From a virus (taxonomy: Duplodnaviria > Caudoviricetes), in IMG/VR virus record IMGVR_UViG_3300025875_000784, positions 1 through 41,081 of that record: 41,081 nucleotides of DNA. The stretch is one strand, 5' to 3'. The first letter of the stretch is position 1. The number at the start of each line of letters is the position of its first letter. This document shows, in pieces, positions 25,141-33,100 of the stretch. The notes below the pieces were generated by a model, which worked only from the letters and a program-made list of their open reading frames with translations, was not told where the DNA came from and did no database searches. Both the position numbers and the translations under genes were made by a program.

Positions 25141-25343
25141 TGCGTCTCTCCATCGGGGGTGTTGGGATTGCCTCGGGCGCGTTTCTCCGCCACAATTTCC
25201 GCACACAAGTCGATGCATTCGTCGCAGATGTCGGCGCGAGGTCCGACCATGAGCAACTGGACCTGCTCTTGACGCTTCCCGCAAAAGTCGCAGTAGCGAA
25301 CCAGCACCGTGTCCCCGTCGGGCGGCAATCGCGCCTCCGTCAT
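25137..25343 (-). CDS. ClpX C4-type zinc-finger protein
   Basis: YCDFCGK.QEQV..L..GP...ICDECI.LC matches the ClpX zinc-binding domain. Confidence 0.85.
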   Translation of the reverse strand: MTEARLPPDGDTVLVRYCDFCGKRQEQVQLLMVGPRADICDECIDLCAEIVAEKRARGNPNTPDGETQ

Positions 25344-25600
25344 AGCTCACCCTCTCGGGGTTGGGTGGGTGGGGCCGGAAGGTGCTGCCAGTGGGCGGGC
25401 AGATGATAGTTGACTTCGCTGATTGGACCGCCGTGATGGTCGCCCCATCCGGTGCCCGCCCACCACCAGTCGCCGCCGGCCGTCTCGGGATCGAAATAAG
25501 CTTCGCCAACGATGTAGCCGTCTCGATCCTTGGTGGGAACTGCCACGATCACTGGTGACTTGTCCTTCGGCGCTGTGCTGATGTCATGCCACTCGTTCAT
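25340..25600 (-). CDS. DUF551-like phage protein
   Basis: [10 protein letters not shown]...[10 protein letters not shown]. Confidence 0.75.
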   Translation of the reverse strand: MNEWHDISTAPKDKSPVIVAVPTKDRDGYIVGEAYFDPETAGGDWWWAGTGWGDHHGGPISEVNYHLPAHWQHLPAPPTQPREGEL

Positions 25601-25881
25601 TGTCCCCGTCCCTCCTGTTGAACCTGCTTGCATGCGGGCGAAGGGGGTTCAGTAGTCAGAGCGAAGCGTGGCTCTCCTTGGTGTTTAGGCTGACGACGCC
25701 ACGCCTCGAACAAGATCAGCCCAGCAATATCCGGGTGGATCGTGTAGCGGGCAAAGGTCATTCCTGCCTCTTTTGCCTGGTTGGTTTGCAAATCAAACCA
25801 CTCGCGCCCCTGCGCTTCGTTTTGGAAATCGCCACATTGGCGGACAATCTCCGGCTCGCCGTCCGCTTCAATGCTCGGCAT
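25597..25881 (-). CDS. Hypothetical protein
   Basis: Translationally coupled ORF in the nin-like region. Confidence 0.55.
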   Translation of the reverse strand: MPSIEADGEPEIVRQCGDFQNEAQGREWFDLQTNQAKEAGMTFARYTIHPDIAGLILFEAWRRQPKHQGEPRFALTTEPPSPACKQVQQEGRGQ

Positions 25882-26159
25882 CACACTGCCTCGTAGGTTG
25901 CTGCGAATATGTCGGGCTTGCAGGCGTAAAACTCGCCCTTCACGCCCTTGATGATCCAGTCACCCTCGGTTGCGACATGTTTCGCCCTCCGATCGTGGCC
26001 GTCCTCAAGGGTAACGATCTCGATTTCGCCCTTGGCGTCTGGATGACGCGCCTTACTTTCGTTCCCGGCTGCATGGTCCAAGAACTCGCGCGCGGCAGGA
26101 TCGCCATATCGGTACTGAACGGCCTCGATCTCGACAGGCTTGTTGCGATATTTAGTAAT
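25881..26159 (-). CDS. Conserved phage protein (KPVEIEAVQ...GDWIIKGVKGEFYACKPDIF family), apparent ATT start
   Basis: Recognisable family motifs; AGGAG 7 nt before an in-frame ATT at the expected N-terminus. Confidence 0.75.
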   Translation of the reverse strand: MTKYRNKPVEIEAVQYRYGDPAAREFLDHAAGNESKARHPDAKGEIEIVTLEDGHDRRAKHVATEGDWIIKGVKGEFYACKPDIFAATYEAV

Positions 26160-26355
26160 TTGCTTTCTCCTGCTGCATTGCTTTGAACTCATCACTGAGG
26201 AAGAACCTGTGCAGTTCCCCGCTGATCCACTTGGGCACTTCATGGGGCCAGAACTCGCGCTCTCCCGGCTCCAGCTTCACCCTCGCCTTTCGGCATAGCT
26301 CCGGCCCCTCAAACCATATGCGCTTGGCGAGGCGGTCGATTGCGTCGGGGGTCAT
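26152..26355 (-). CDS. Hypothetical protein
   Basis: MTPDAIDRL start overlapping the upstream stop (ATGA). Confidence 0.55.
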   Translation of the reverse strand: MTPDAIDRLAKRIWFEGPELCRKARVKLEPGEREFWPHEVPKWISGELHRFFLSDEFKAMQQEKANY

Positions 26356-26594
26356 AAGGCAGTCCATCCGAGCCGCCGGCAACGCTCTGGCCAATCGACC
26401 ACGTCGCCGCTTGGCACCATTCGGAAGGTTCCGTTGCCCAGAGGATCCGCGCCGTGGTCTCCGCCCTTCGATATGTCCACCTTTTTCAGGTAAGTATCAG
26501 CGGGCAACCCCATCGCTTCCGCCATGAGCCGCTTTTGGCCACTTGCTGTGCTGTAGTCCTCGCCCCCAGAGCCTGTCTTGCTGCTCCTGCTCAC
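26352..26594 (-). CDS. Hypothetical protein
   Basis: GTGA overlap with upstream gene; GGAGG RBS. Confidence 0.55.
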   Translation of the reverse strand: MSRSSKTGSGGEDYSTASGQKRLMAEAMGLPADTYLKKVDISKGGDHGADPLGNGTFRMVPSGDVVDWPERCRRLGWTAL

Positions 26595-27163
26595 CCCACC
26601 CTCCTGCTTTCGCCCATATCCCCGTCATGGCCTTCGGGATCACCTATGCCGAGGCGGAACTTGATCTGTCCGGGCTCCACGCTCGGATCCCAACGGGCTG
26701 CGCTGGCTGCCTCGCGCTGGCGCTTGAAGGCTTCGGCTTTGGCATCCGGTGTCCGCATAGCGTCCACAGCGCCCGCGAACTGCTGTGCCAGTGCGCGAAC
26801 ACGCTCCCGGCTTTCAGGGGTCTTTGGAATGTCAGGCGGGGGAAGCGCAGGATGGCCAAGACGCTTGCGGTATTCGCTATCGAGGCGGGCGTTCAATGCG
26901 CGCCTCGCGGCTGTGGCAACTTGCGGCGCTGATGGTGCAAACGCTGGGTTCACGCCAGGCTCGGATCCGGTCAGCAGTGCGGTAATGCCAGCGTCAATAT
27001 CCCGCGTTTCGTAGATCGCAAGCGCCTCGAAATAAACCTTGGCCCGCTCAATCCGGTCCGCCCGGATCTGTTCTTCGGAATTTCCGTTAGCCGGTGGCGG
27101 GTAGGTGCGAAATAGCCGCTCTAAAAGTTCCGCCACCTGCATCTGATCGTGGTTCGGGTTCAT
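26591..27163 (-). CDS. Replication accessory protein (P/helicase-loader position)
   Basis: Follows the initiator; FAPSAPQV motif; start MNPNHDQ at 27163. Confidence 0.55.
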   Translation of the reverse strand: MNPNHDQMQVAELLERLFRTYPPPANGNSEEQIRADRIERAKVYFEALAIYETRDIDAGITALLTGSEPGVNPAFAPSAPQVATAARRALNARLDSEYRKRLGHPALPPPDIPKTPESRERVRALAQQFAGAVDAMRTPDAKAEAFKRQREAASAARWDPSVEPGQIKFRLGIGDPEGHDGDMGESRRVG

Positions 27164-27758
27164 TTCGGGCCTCGGCAACATGCTGGAAAATCTGTGACAT
27201 CGTCGGGATTGCGCGGACATTCGATGCTGGCGGCGCACGGACGGGTTGGTCGTTCTTCAGCCATTCGGGCTTGACGCTGGTCCAGCCGCGCACTGCCATT
27301 TCCTCCGCCGCAGCACGGGGATCAGGGCATCGAGAAAGGGCTTTCGAAAGCAGGCGGCCGGTATTGCCGTTGATGGCAGCGCGTTTCTGGCGCCGGCTCT
27401 GGACGATCGTTGCAATCAACTCCGGGTCGAGAACCTCGGAGAGCGCGTTTTGGAAATCGGTGAGGTCGGAAGAGGACGCGCTTGCCGCGCCTTTCTTCTC
27501 TTCCTTACCTTCCTGTTTATTTTCTAAGTTTAGAGTTTTATCTTCTACGCGCGCATCGCCCCCGCGTGGGACGTTGGCTATCGTTTGCTCACGTTGGCTA
27601 ACGTTAGCGGCCTGCTTCTTTTCTTGATGCTTATGCCAACGGGCGCGCTGTTTTGCCTTCCGGTCCTCGTCACCTGCGGCCATGATTTCCATGACAACGG
27701 CGATCTGGTCCGGTGTAAGCCCTGCAGCTATCAAGCGGCGGAAGTCGTCAGGGCTCAA
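27087..27758 (-). CDS. Replication initiator (lambda O-like position)
   Basis: N-terminal LIAAGLT..QIA, RQRARW..H..K helix, internal iterons plus AT-rich tract, C-terminal RGW..VKPEW. Confidence 0.7.
   Translation of the reverse strand: MSPDDFRRLIAAGLTPDQIAVVMEIMAAGDEDRKAKQRARWHKHQEKKQAANVSQREQTIANVPRGGDARVEDKTLNLENKQEGKEEKKGAASASSSDLTDFQNALSEVLDPELIATIVQSRRQKRAAINGNTGRLLSKALSRCPDPRAAAEEMAVRGWTSVKPEWLKNDQPVRAPPASNVRAIPTMSQIFQHVAEARNEPEPRSDAGGGTFRAAISHLPATG
27491..27610. repeat. Probable replication origin: four 10-bp iterons next to an AT-rich tract
   Basis: acgttggcta/tcgtttgctc/acgttggcta/acgttagcgg at 27571-27610; T-rich 27491-27546. Confidence 0.65.
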
Positions 27759-28045
27759 CAGCCGCCCTCCCGCATTTCCGAGCGCTTTGGCAGCCGAAGA
27801 ACACGAATGCGGCTATGCACGCTGTTCTGGGATGGGGCGTTCAGGATTTTAGCGATTTGCTGGTAGCTCTTGCCGGCCAACCACAAGGTTGCGAGTTCCT
27901 TGTCCCGATCAATGGTCCATTCGAACGGGCTTGGGCGCCCACCCTGTCCCGGCTTCGGCCGGCGAATGGAGATGCCGTTGACGCGCATCCACAGGCCGTT
28001 CTTTCGGTCCTCGATTATCTTGGCCTTCTGCTCCGCCCAACTCAC
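27755..28045 (-). CDS. GcrA-like HTH protein
   Basis: WTIDRDKELATLWLAGKSYQQIAKIL...SQNSVHSRIRVLRL resembles the GcrA N-terminal domain. Confidence 0.75.
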   Translation of the reverse strand: MSWAEQKAKIIEDRKNGLWMRVNGISIRRPKPGQGGRPSPFEWTIDRDKELATLWLAGKSYQQIAKILNAPSQNSVHSRIRVLRLPKRSEMREGGC

Positions 28046-28239
28046 AAGCTCACCTTTTCCGCCACGCCTTCAATGACGACGGGCGTCCAATTCGGTCGCT
28101 GGTGCGCGCGGTTCCGGGCGGCTTGAATGACGATGCAAACATCGGCCTCGGTGACGCTCAGCGCTTCCGCAATGTTCATCGTGTCGAACATGCCGGAGTT
28201 CCAAAGCGTGACGGCGGCAGCGGCTTTCAGAAGGTTCAT
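28042..28239 (-). CDS. Small HTH-like hypothetical protein
   Basis: LWNSGMFDTMNIAEALSVTEADV. Confidence 0.6.
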   Translation of the reverse strand: MNLLKAAAAVTLWNSGMFDTMNIAEALSVTEADVCIVIQAARNRAHQRPNWTPVVIEGVAEKVSL

Positions 28240-28589
28240 GTCGGCCTCACGATCTGGATGGGCCGGTGGTAGATGGCCGCGAATTGCTTGGCCTTCAGCT
28301 TGAACACCGGCGTGAGGACGCCCTTCACATCCTCGGTGATTGGCAAGCCGGTGCGCGCATCGATGTAGTCGAAGTCTGCGACGTACTTGACGCCGCCCGG
28401 CAGATCGTACTTCCGCTGGAGCTCCAGATCGCGGATCTCGCCGGCCTTCACCAGAAGCTGCAATTGCCCATAACGGCGCGCTTCGGCCTTGCTCGCGAAC
28501 TTGATGCCATCGACCTCGGTGCGGACGTTGCGGTATTTGCTGCGCTTGGCCGGCACCCGCGCTGCCGGCTCTTCACGGGAGGGGGTCAT
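28236..28589 (-). CDS. DUF1064 family PD-(D/E)XK nuclease-like protein
   Basis: SKYRN..TEVDGIKFASKAEA, YVADFDY, EDVKG. Confidence 0.85.
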   Translation of the reverse strand: MTPSREEPAARVPAKRSKYRNVRTEVDGIKFASKAEARRYGQLQLLVKAGEIRDLELQRKYDLPGGVKYVADFDYIDARTGLPITEDVKGVLTPVFKLKAKQFAAIYHRPIQIVRPT

Positions 28590-29245
28590 GCGACTGCCCT
28601 GCGCTTTTCTCGGATGCAGTGCTCCAGCTTAGCCACAGCCATGACGACTGGCTTTAACTCCGAAGGCGCGGCATCATATGCCATCACTCGGGTTGCCTTC
28701 CCGCCATTAAGGCGAGGCAGCATGCCGCGAGGGATCATTTCCCAGTTGGAGGGGTCAGTGTTGAGCTTGTTACCGTCCAAGCACTTGAGGCAGTGGCCCT
28801 CCGGCACTGGCCCGTTCATCTTCTCCCAGAGATAGACATGCTTGTGCACCGGTCGGGTCTTTGCGCCGGTCCAGGGGTTTGTCTCTTCCACGATCATGAC
28901 GACATAGCCGTCTTTGCTATCGACGCGCTCGTGTCCAGGACCTCGATAGGTGTGCGAGATGTTGCCTTTTTTGAACTGAGTCTTGCGGGCGTTTGGGTGC
29001 TTGCCGCCGGTGCCTGGCGCGCAAGGCACGCCTTTGTTGTAAGGCTTGGCACCCTTTTCAAAGCAGCCTGTGCGCCCCGTCTTCCAGCCCTTGCGTTTGC
29101 GCAGGCTGTGCAGGTTGGACAGCGAAACATCTGCGCGGGCGAACTGAGCGCAAAAGGCCGTGTGATAGTCGCTGATCACCATGGCGCGGTTTGCTTGCAA
29201 CCACTCCATTTCGGCAGCGCTGTAAACGATTGAACGGCCCTTCAT
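28586..29245 (-). CDS. HNH endonuclease
   Basis: KHVYLWE..NGPVPEGH...LDGNKLN...SN; FEKG/FKKG repeats. Confidence 0.85.
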   Translation of the reverse strand: MKGRSIVYSAAEMEWLQANRAMVISDYHTAFCAQFARADVSLSNLHSLRKRKGWKTGRTGCFEKGAKPYNKGVPCAPGTGGKHPNARKTQFKKGNISHTYRGPGHERVDSKDGYVVMIVEETNPWTGAKTRPVHKHVYLWEKMNGPVPEGHCLKCLDGNKLNTDPSNWEMIPRGMLPRLNGGKATRVMAYDAAPSELKPVVMAVAKLEHCIREKRRAVA

Positions 29246-29502
29246 TTGTCTTCGGCCTCAACCGTGACGGAGCTGCCGATAAGGCCGGACAGAGCGGGCC
29301 GATAGCGGTCGCCATGGGTGGCAACGAAGGTTGCCGCCTTGAACGTCAGGTCAGCATTACGGATGATTTGGTCCGCTACCGAAACGATCGCGTCCCCGCG
29401 CTTGGTTTCTTGCTCGATCTGCTCGGCTGTCAGGCTCTCGTCGGACAGGCGTTCGAGCTGCGCAAACAGATGGTTGTGCAAATCCGAAAGGCGGTTCTTC
29501 AT
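29242..29502 (-). CDS. Conserved phage protein
   Basis: MKNRLSDLHNHLFAQLERLSDE motif, commonly seen upstream of such HNH genes. Confidence 0.75.
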   Translation of the reverse strand: MKNRLSDLHNHLFAQLERLSDESLTAEQIEQETKRGDAIVSVADQIIRNADLTFKAATFVATHGDRYRPALSGLIGSSVTVEAEDK

Positions 29503-29505
29503 CTC

Positions 29506-29835
29506 TCACTCCGATCCTTCGGGGGTTGATTGGGCAGCACGGACTTTCGCCACCATGCCTTCGATCCGGTCGAACATCCGGCCGACAGTTGCGATATCCA
29601 GCCCGGCCCAAGCCACCGCGTGAGCCGCATCAATGGTGCACACGGCGATGGGCCACTCGGTGTCACCGAGTTCATCGAAGCCCATCTCGTACTCACCAGG
29701 GCCGTCCATCTCAGTTACGGTCGGGGTCTCGCCGCGCATCAGAATGACGAACCGGCACCCGTCCGGGAGGACCATCTGAGCGTTGGTAGCCGGGCTGTGA
29801 AATACGGTCGTTAGCGCTTGGAAGGTCTTGCTCAC
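29506..29835 (-). CDS. Hypothetical protein
   Basis: GGAGG RBS, GTG start. Confidence 0.55.
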   Translation of the reverse strand: MSKTFQALTTVFHSPATNAQMVLPDGCRFVILMRGETPTVTEMDGPGEYEMGFDELGDTEWPIAVCTIDAAHAVAWAGLDIATVGRMFDRIEGMVAKVRAAQSTPEGSE

Positions 29836-30357
29836 CTACCTCCCCCATCCTTCGGACTGGTCGGTGTCTGCGTCGAACTCGGCGGCTCCGCTTGCTCCGG
29901 GCAGATCGCGTCCGCCCATTCCCCAGCCTCGGTTGTGATATGTTTCGCGATGCGCGCCCTCGTCTTGAGCGGCAATAAGCGCTGCCAGCCGTTGCTCCCT
30001 GGCCTTGAGCCGTTGTCTTTCAATTCGGGCCTCCTCTACGGCCACCGCCGTCAAATCTTCGATTTCGTAATGGTCGATGCGCCGTGCTTCCCGCTGCCAG
30101 ATTGACTTGACCCGCCGCTCGGTCCATTGCCGGTTGCGCTCATCCAGCGCGGTCCTCGGCAAGGCTCGCTCCCGGCGGCGGAGAGCGTCGTACGCGTCCC
30201 CGATAGCGGCCTTGATGTTCCGGCCGGCATGGATGGGGAAGGCTTCTTGGAGAAGCTCTTGAGCGAGTGCGGTGTCTGTCATGGTCGGTGTTGGCTCGGA
30301 CGAAACGTCCGAGATCTCGGGTAGCTTTTCCACGTCCTTGTCCCCGCTTGCTGGCAT
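29836..30357 (-). CDS. Putative regulator (CII-like position)
   Basis: WTERRVKSIWQREARRID motif; downstream of cro; start uncertain. Confidence 0.55.
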   Translation of the reverse strand: MPASGDKDVEKLPEISDVSSEPTPTMTDTALAQELLQEAFPIHAGRNIKAAIGDAYDALRRRERALPRTALDERNRQWTERRVKSIWQREARRIDHYEIEDLTAVAVEEARIERQRLKAREQRLAALIAAQDEGAHRETYHNRGWGMGGRDLPGASGAAEFDADTDQSEGWGR

Positions 30358-30518
30358 TTATTGAACCAGGAGATGAAGAGCGGACGGGAGAGGACGGACG
30401 GATGACGATGCGGTCTTTGAGCGAGGTTTTGAACGACGTGCTCAGCGACCTTGGGATAGACGCGGGCCTTGCTTTGCAGAGCGAGGGCCGACGCGATGGT
30501 GGCAAAGGCGGGGTTCAT

Positions 30519-31010
30519 CTAATCGAACCTCGCAAATGCGCCGTGATGCTTGGCGGCGGCGGCCTGGTAAGCCTCCCTCGCCTCTTCGGCCGTGGGAAAC
30601 AGACCGAGGTGCGTCTGACGGCCATGAATTCTGATTTGCGCCACGAACTTGCGACTTTGGCGATGAAAGTGGACGCCTTTGCCGTAGGCGGTGCGCGCCT
30701 TTGTGTTCCACATGTTCTGGCTAGGAGACGCCAACCTCAGATTTTCAATCCGGTTGTCGGCACGATCCATGTTGACGTGGTCAACGTCGCTCTCGGGATC
30801 CACCCCAAAGTGCAGGAACCAAGCGAGCCGATGTCCTTGATACTTTTGCCCATCGAAGGTGATCGACAGGTATCCGTCTCCGTTGATGCTGCCGGCCATC
30901 GATCCGGGACGGATCTGAGCGGCGAGCGGGCGCAACCATGTGAACTGGCCGGAGAAGGGGTCGTATGAGATATGGTCGCGAATGTGCGCAGGTATTGGCC
31001 GTGGCATCAT
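30519..31010 (-). CDS. HNH-AP2 endonuclease
   Basis: YDP.SGQFTW, HRLAW, DHVNMDRADNRIENLR, KGV...AQIR..G...HLGLF.TAEEA..AY. Confidence 0.9.
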   Translation of the reverse strand: MMPRPIPAHIRDHISYDPFSGQFTWLRPLAAQIRPGSMAGSINGDGYLSITFDGQKYQGHRLAWFLHFGVDPESDVDHVNMDRADNRIENLRLASPSQNMWNTKARTAYGKGVHFHRQSRKFVAQIRIHGRQTHLGLFPTAEEAREAYQAAAAKHHGAFARFD

Positions 31011-31011
31011 T

Positions 31012-31140
31012 TTACCTCGACACCGCCCACAGGCAGAGGAGCGCCACGCCAACGGTTGCAGCCCATGCGGCAAGTGCTAGGCCCACAATCACAAGGCCTG
31101 CTGGGATATGACGGTATGGGGATTTGGTGAGGGGGAGCAT
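31012..31140 (-). CDS. Small TM peptide (42 aa, not in ORF track)
   Basis: MLPLTKSPYRHIPAGLVIVGLALAAWAATVGVALLCLWAVSR; fills the gap exactly. Confidence 0.5.
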   Translation of the reverse strand: MLPLTKSPYRHIPAGLVIVGLALAAWAATVGVALLCLWAVSR

Positions 31141-31446
31141 TTAGAGGGCTCCCCGAATTTTGTTTGCTATAACCTGCGCAGCGGCTCCCGAGCCCTGCCA
31201 GTAGTCGTCACCTTCAGTCGGCATCTCTGCGAGAGAACGCCGGAGACGTTCTTCAGCGATCCGTGCATCCCGTTCGCGTTGCGCTTCACGCTCAGCCATG
31301 ATGGCGCGGGCGATTTCTTCCGCCGCCCCGAACGTGACCTGAATGCCATCCCCATCAATGATGATGTGGCGCTTCTCAAGAATTGCATCAACGACGGCGC
31401 ATGCCGCGTCCCACACATCATCCGCGATATCGTCAGGACGGGCCAT
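31141..31446 (-). CDS. Hypothetical protein
   Basis: GAGGAGG RBS; IARAIMAER motif. Confidence 0.7.
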   Translation of the reverse strand: MARPDDIADDVWDAACAVVDAILEKRHIIIDGDGIQVTFGAAEEIARAIMAEREAQRERDARIAEERLRRSLAEMPTEGDDYWQGSGAAAQVIANKIRGAL

Positions 31447-31671
31447 CTATGCCTCCTCACGTGCGGGTGCACGCAGCCAGCCCATCGCAGGGGCGACCTT
31501 CCCGAACGCTTGTGCGACCACCCAAGAGAGGTGCTTGCTGCAGTAGCCCCAATCATTTTCGAGCTTCCAAAAGTGACACACGCGTCGGAAACTCTTGACC
31601 GAATGCCCGTTGCGGAAAGCAGCATCGAGAATGCGCCGATGCAGATCGGCCGTGATCGGATGCGGGGCCAT
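31447..31671 (-). CDS. Hypothetical protein
   Basis: GAGGAGG RBS; abuts both neighbours. Confidence 0.6.
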   Translation of the reverse strand: MAPHPITADLHRRILDAAFRNGHSVKSFRRVCHFWKLENDWGYCSKHLSWVVAQAFGKVAPAMGWLRAPAREEA

Positions 31672-32175
31672 TCAGACCTCCTCACGTGTGGGGTTCAGAA
31701 TGCCCCGAACATCATCCGCAGAGGGAAGCTCACGTGCGGGTGCAGTGAGAGCAGCTTTCAAGCGACGGCAATGCGATGCCGCAGCCTCTTCGCCGCGATC
31801 GTAGGCGACCTCAAGGTATTCTTCAGTGAGCTCCGCTCGTTCTACCCATGCCGGGACAGCCACCGACAAGTTTCGGCCGCTGGGCAAGAACCACCCAAGG
31901 CGGGCCGCCAGTCGGGTGACCTGAGAAATTTGGCATCCGACCTCGTTGGCGATGCGGGATGCGTTCCAGTCCGGATGTTCATTGTGGCAGGAAACAATCC
32001 GCGGGGCATATCTTCCCCACGTGCCAGGTTCGACGCGCGACACATCAATCCCGAGCCTCTTTATGGCAACGCATACGTATGCGGTTGAACATCCGATTTC
32101 GCGTGCCAGACGAGACGCATGCCACATTGGATTTTCCCAATGGAGCCTCTGGAGTTCTTGCGAAGCTTTGCCCAT
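31672..32175 (-). CDS. Protein with tandem duplicated HTH-like domains
   Basis: HWENPMWHASRLAREIGC...RLG and HNEHPDWNASRIANEVGC...RLG; likely start 32175. Confidence 0.65.
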   Translation of the reverse strand: MGKASQELQRLHWENPMWHASRLAREIGCSTAYVCVAIKRLGIDVSRVEPGTWGRYAPRIVSCHNEHPDWNASRIANEVGCQISQVTRLAARLGWFLPSGRNLSVAVPAWVERAELTEEYLEVAYDRGEEAAASHCRRLKAALTAPARELPSADDVRGILNPTREEV

Positions 32176-32203
32176 TACGGCCGATCCGTCTTGCGGGTGA
32201 AGG

Positions 32204-32419
32204 TCATGCTGCGACCTGCTTGACGAAAATACGCGCCAAGTCGGGCCGTAACACTTCGCGGGGGATGCCAGTAACGCGTTCAACGTCAATGACACGCTCG
32301 GCTGGGATTGCTCCCTGCTCCCACCTTGTGACAGTGGATTTATCGACATTGAGCGCCCGCGCCACGTCGATGGGTCGGATGCCTTTGTCGCGAAGCAGCG
32401 TGAAGAATGTCGGGTCCAT
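32204..32419 (-). CDS. cro: Cro-like repressor
   Basis: DVARALNVDKSTVTRWE HTH, TGIPREVLRPDL; divergent from cI. Confidence 0.85.
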   Translation of the reverse strand: MDPTFFTLLRDKGIRPIDVARALNVDKSTVTRWEQGAIPAERVIDVERVTGIPREVLRPDLARIFVKQVAA

Positions 32420-32425
32420 AAGTCA

Positions 32426-32454
32426 TTAGTTGCGCAACTAACAACCGAAGTCAA
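32426..32454 (-). promoter_or_regulatory. PR/OR: promoter with a perfect 16-bp palindromic operator
   Basis: TTAGTTGCGCAACTAA at 32426-32441; minus-strand TTGACT at 32454-32449. Confidence 0.8.
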
Positions 32455-32513
32455 GAGCCGGGGTTGTGAAGCACGCTAACGACAGTGACAAGCGGGAGGA
32501 ATACGGCGCTCCC

Positions 32514-32855
32514 ATGAACAACATTGCTGAAATCCATAAGGGCAAACAGCCCCATAGACCGCATTATGTGCGGGAATGGGCGGAGTTGCGCGGGTACCGG
32601 ACACAAGCAGAGTTGGTTGCAGCTCTGGACATCGACAAGAGCGTGGTGTCCCGCTGGTACAACGGGGCCTCACCGAGCCTGGAATGGCAGGAGAAACTAG
32701 CTGCCCTTTTCGAGTGCGAGCGCGAGGCCCTATTCCGCCACCCCGACGACGACTGGTTCTCCAAGTTCTTCCAGGGACGCTCACGTGACGAACTGGAGCG
32801 CATGAAGATCGCACTAGAGGCCTCTTTCCCGCGCAAGAAAGGCGTACGCGTTTAG
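32514..32855 (+). CDS. cI: CI-like XRE repressor without an S24 peptidase domain
   Basis: TQAELVAALDIDKSVVSRWYNG HTH; 113 aa; divergent from cro. Confidence 0.8.
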   Translation: MNNIAEIHKGKQPHRPHYVREWAELRGYRTQAELVAALDIDKSVVSRWYNGASPSLEWQEKLAALFECEREALFRHPDDDWFSKFFQGRSRDELERMKIALEASFPRKKGVRV

Positions 32856-32949
32856 GACGCGCCACGCCGGCAATCTAGATCGGATGCGCCCCCGTCTGAG
32901 CGGGGATGGCGCCGAAGCGCTCGGCTAAGCCATATCACAGCCCGTCACC

Positions 32950-32978
32950 AGCCCCCCCCCTCACCGGCGGGGTTTTTG
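32950..32978 (+). terminator. Intrinsic terminator after cI
   Basis: C-rich/G-rich hairpin followed by ttttt. Confidence 0.55.
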
Positions 32979-33007
32979 CTGCAGCCGAAATGTCGCACCT
33001 AGATGCA

Positions 33008-33052
33008 AGTTGCGCAACTAACGCTTGACAGCGGTTGCTAGATGCGCAACTC
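33008..33052 (+). promoter_or_regulatory. PL/OL: promoter with two operator copies
   Basis: AGTTGCGCAACTAAC (33008-33022), TTGACA (33025-33030), TAGATGCGCAACTC (33039-33052); same layout as PR. Confidence 0.8.
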
Positions 33053-33100
33053 TCACCCCATCGAAACACCAGACGGCCAAGCGCCGGGGAGTTGGGGAGA

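Noticed and set aside
30279-30518. 79-aa minus-strand ORF between HNH-AP2 and the CII-like gene
   Set aside because: Abuts the upstream stop but has no RBS or motif and overlaps the next gene; insufficient support
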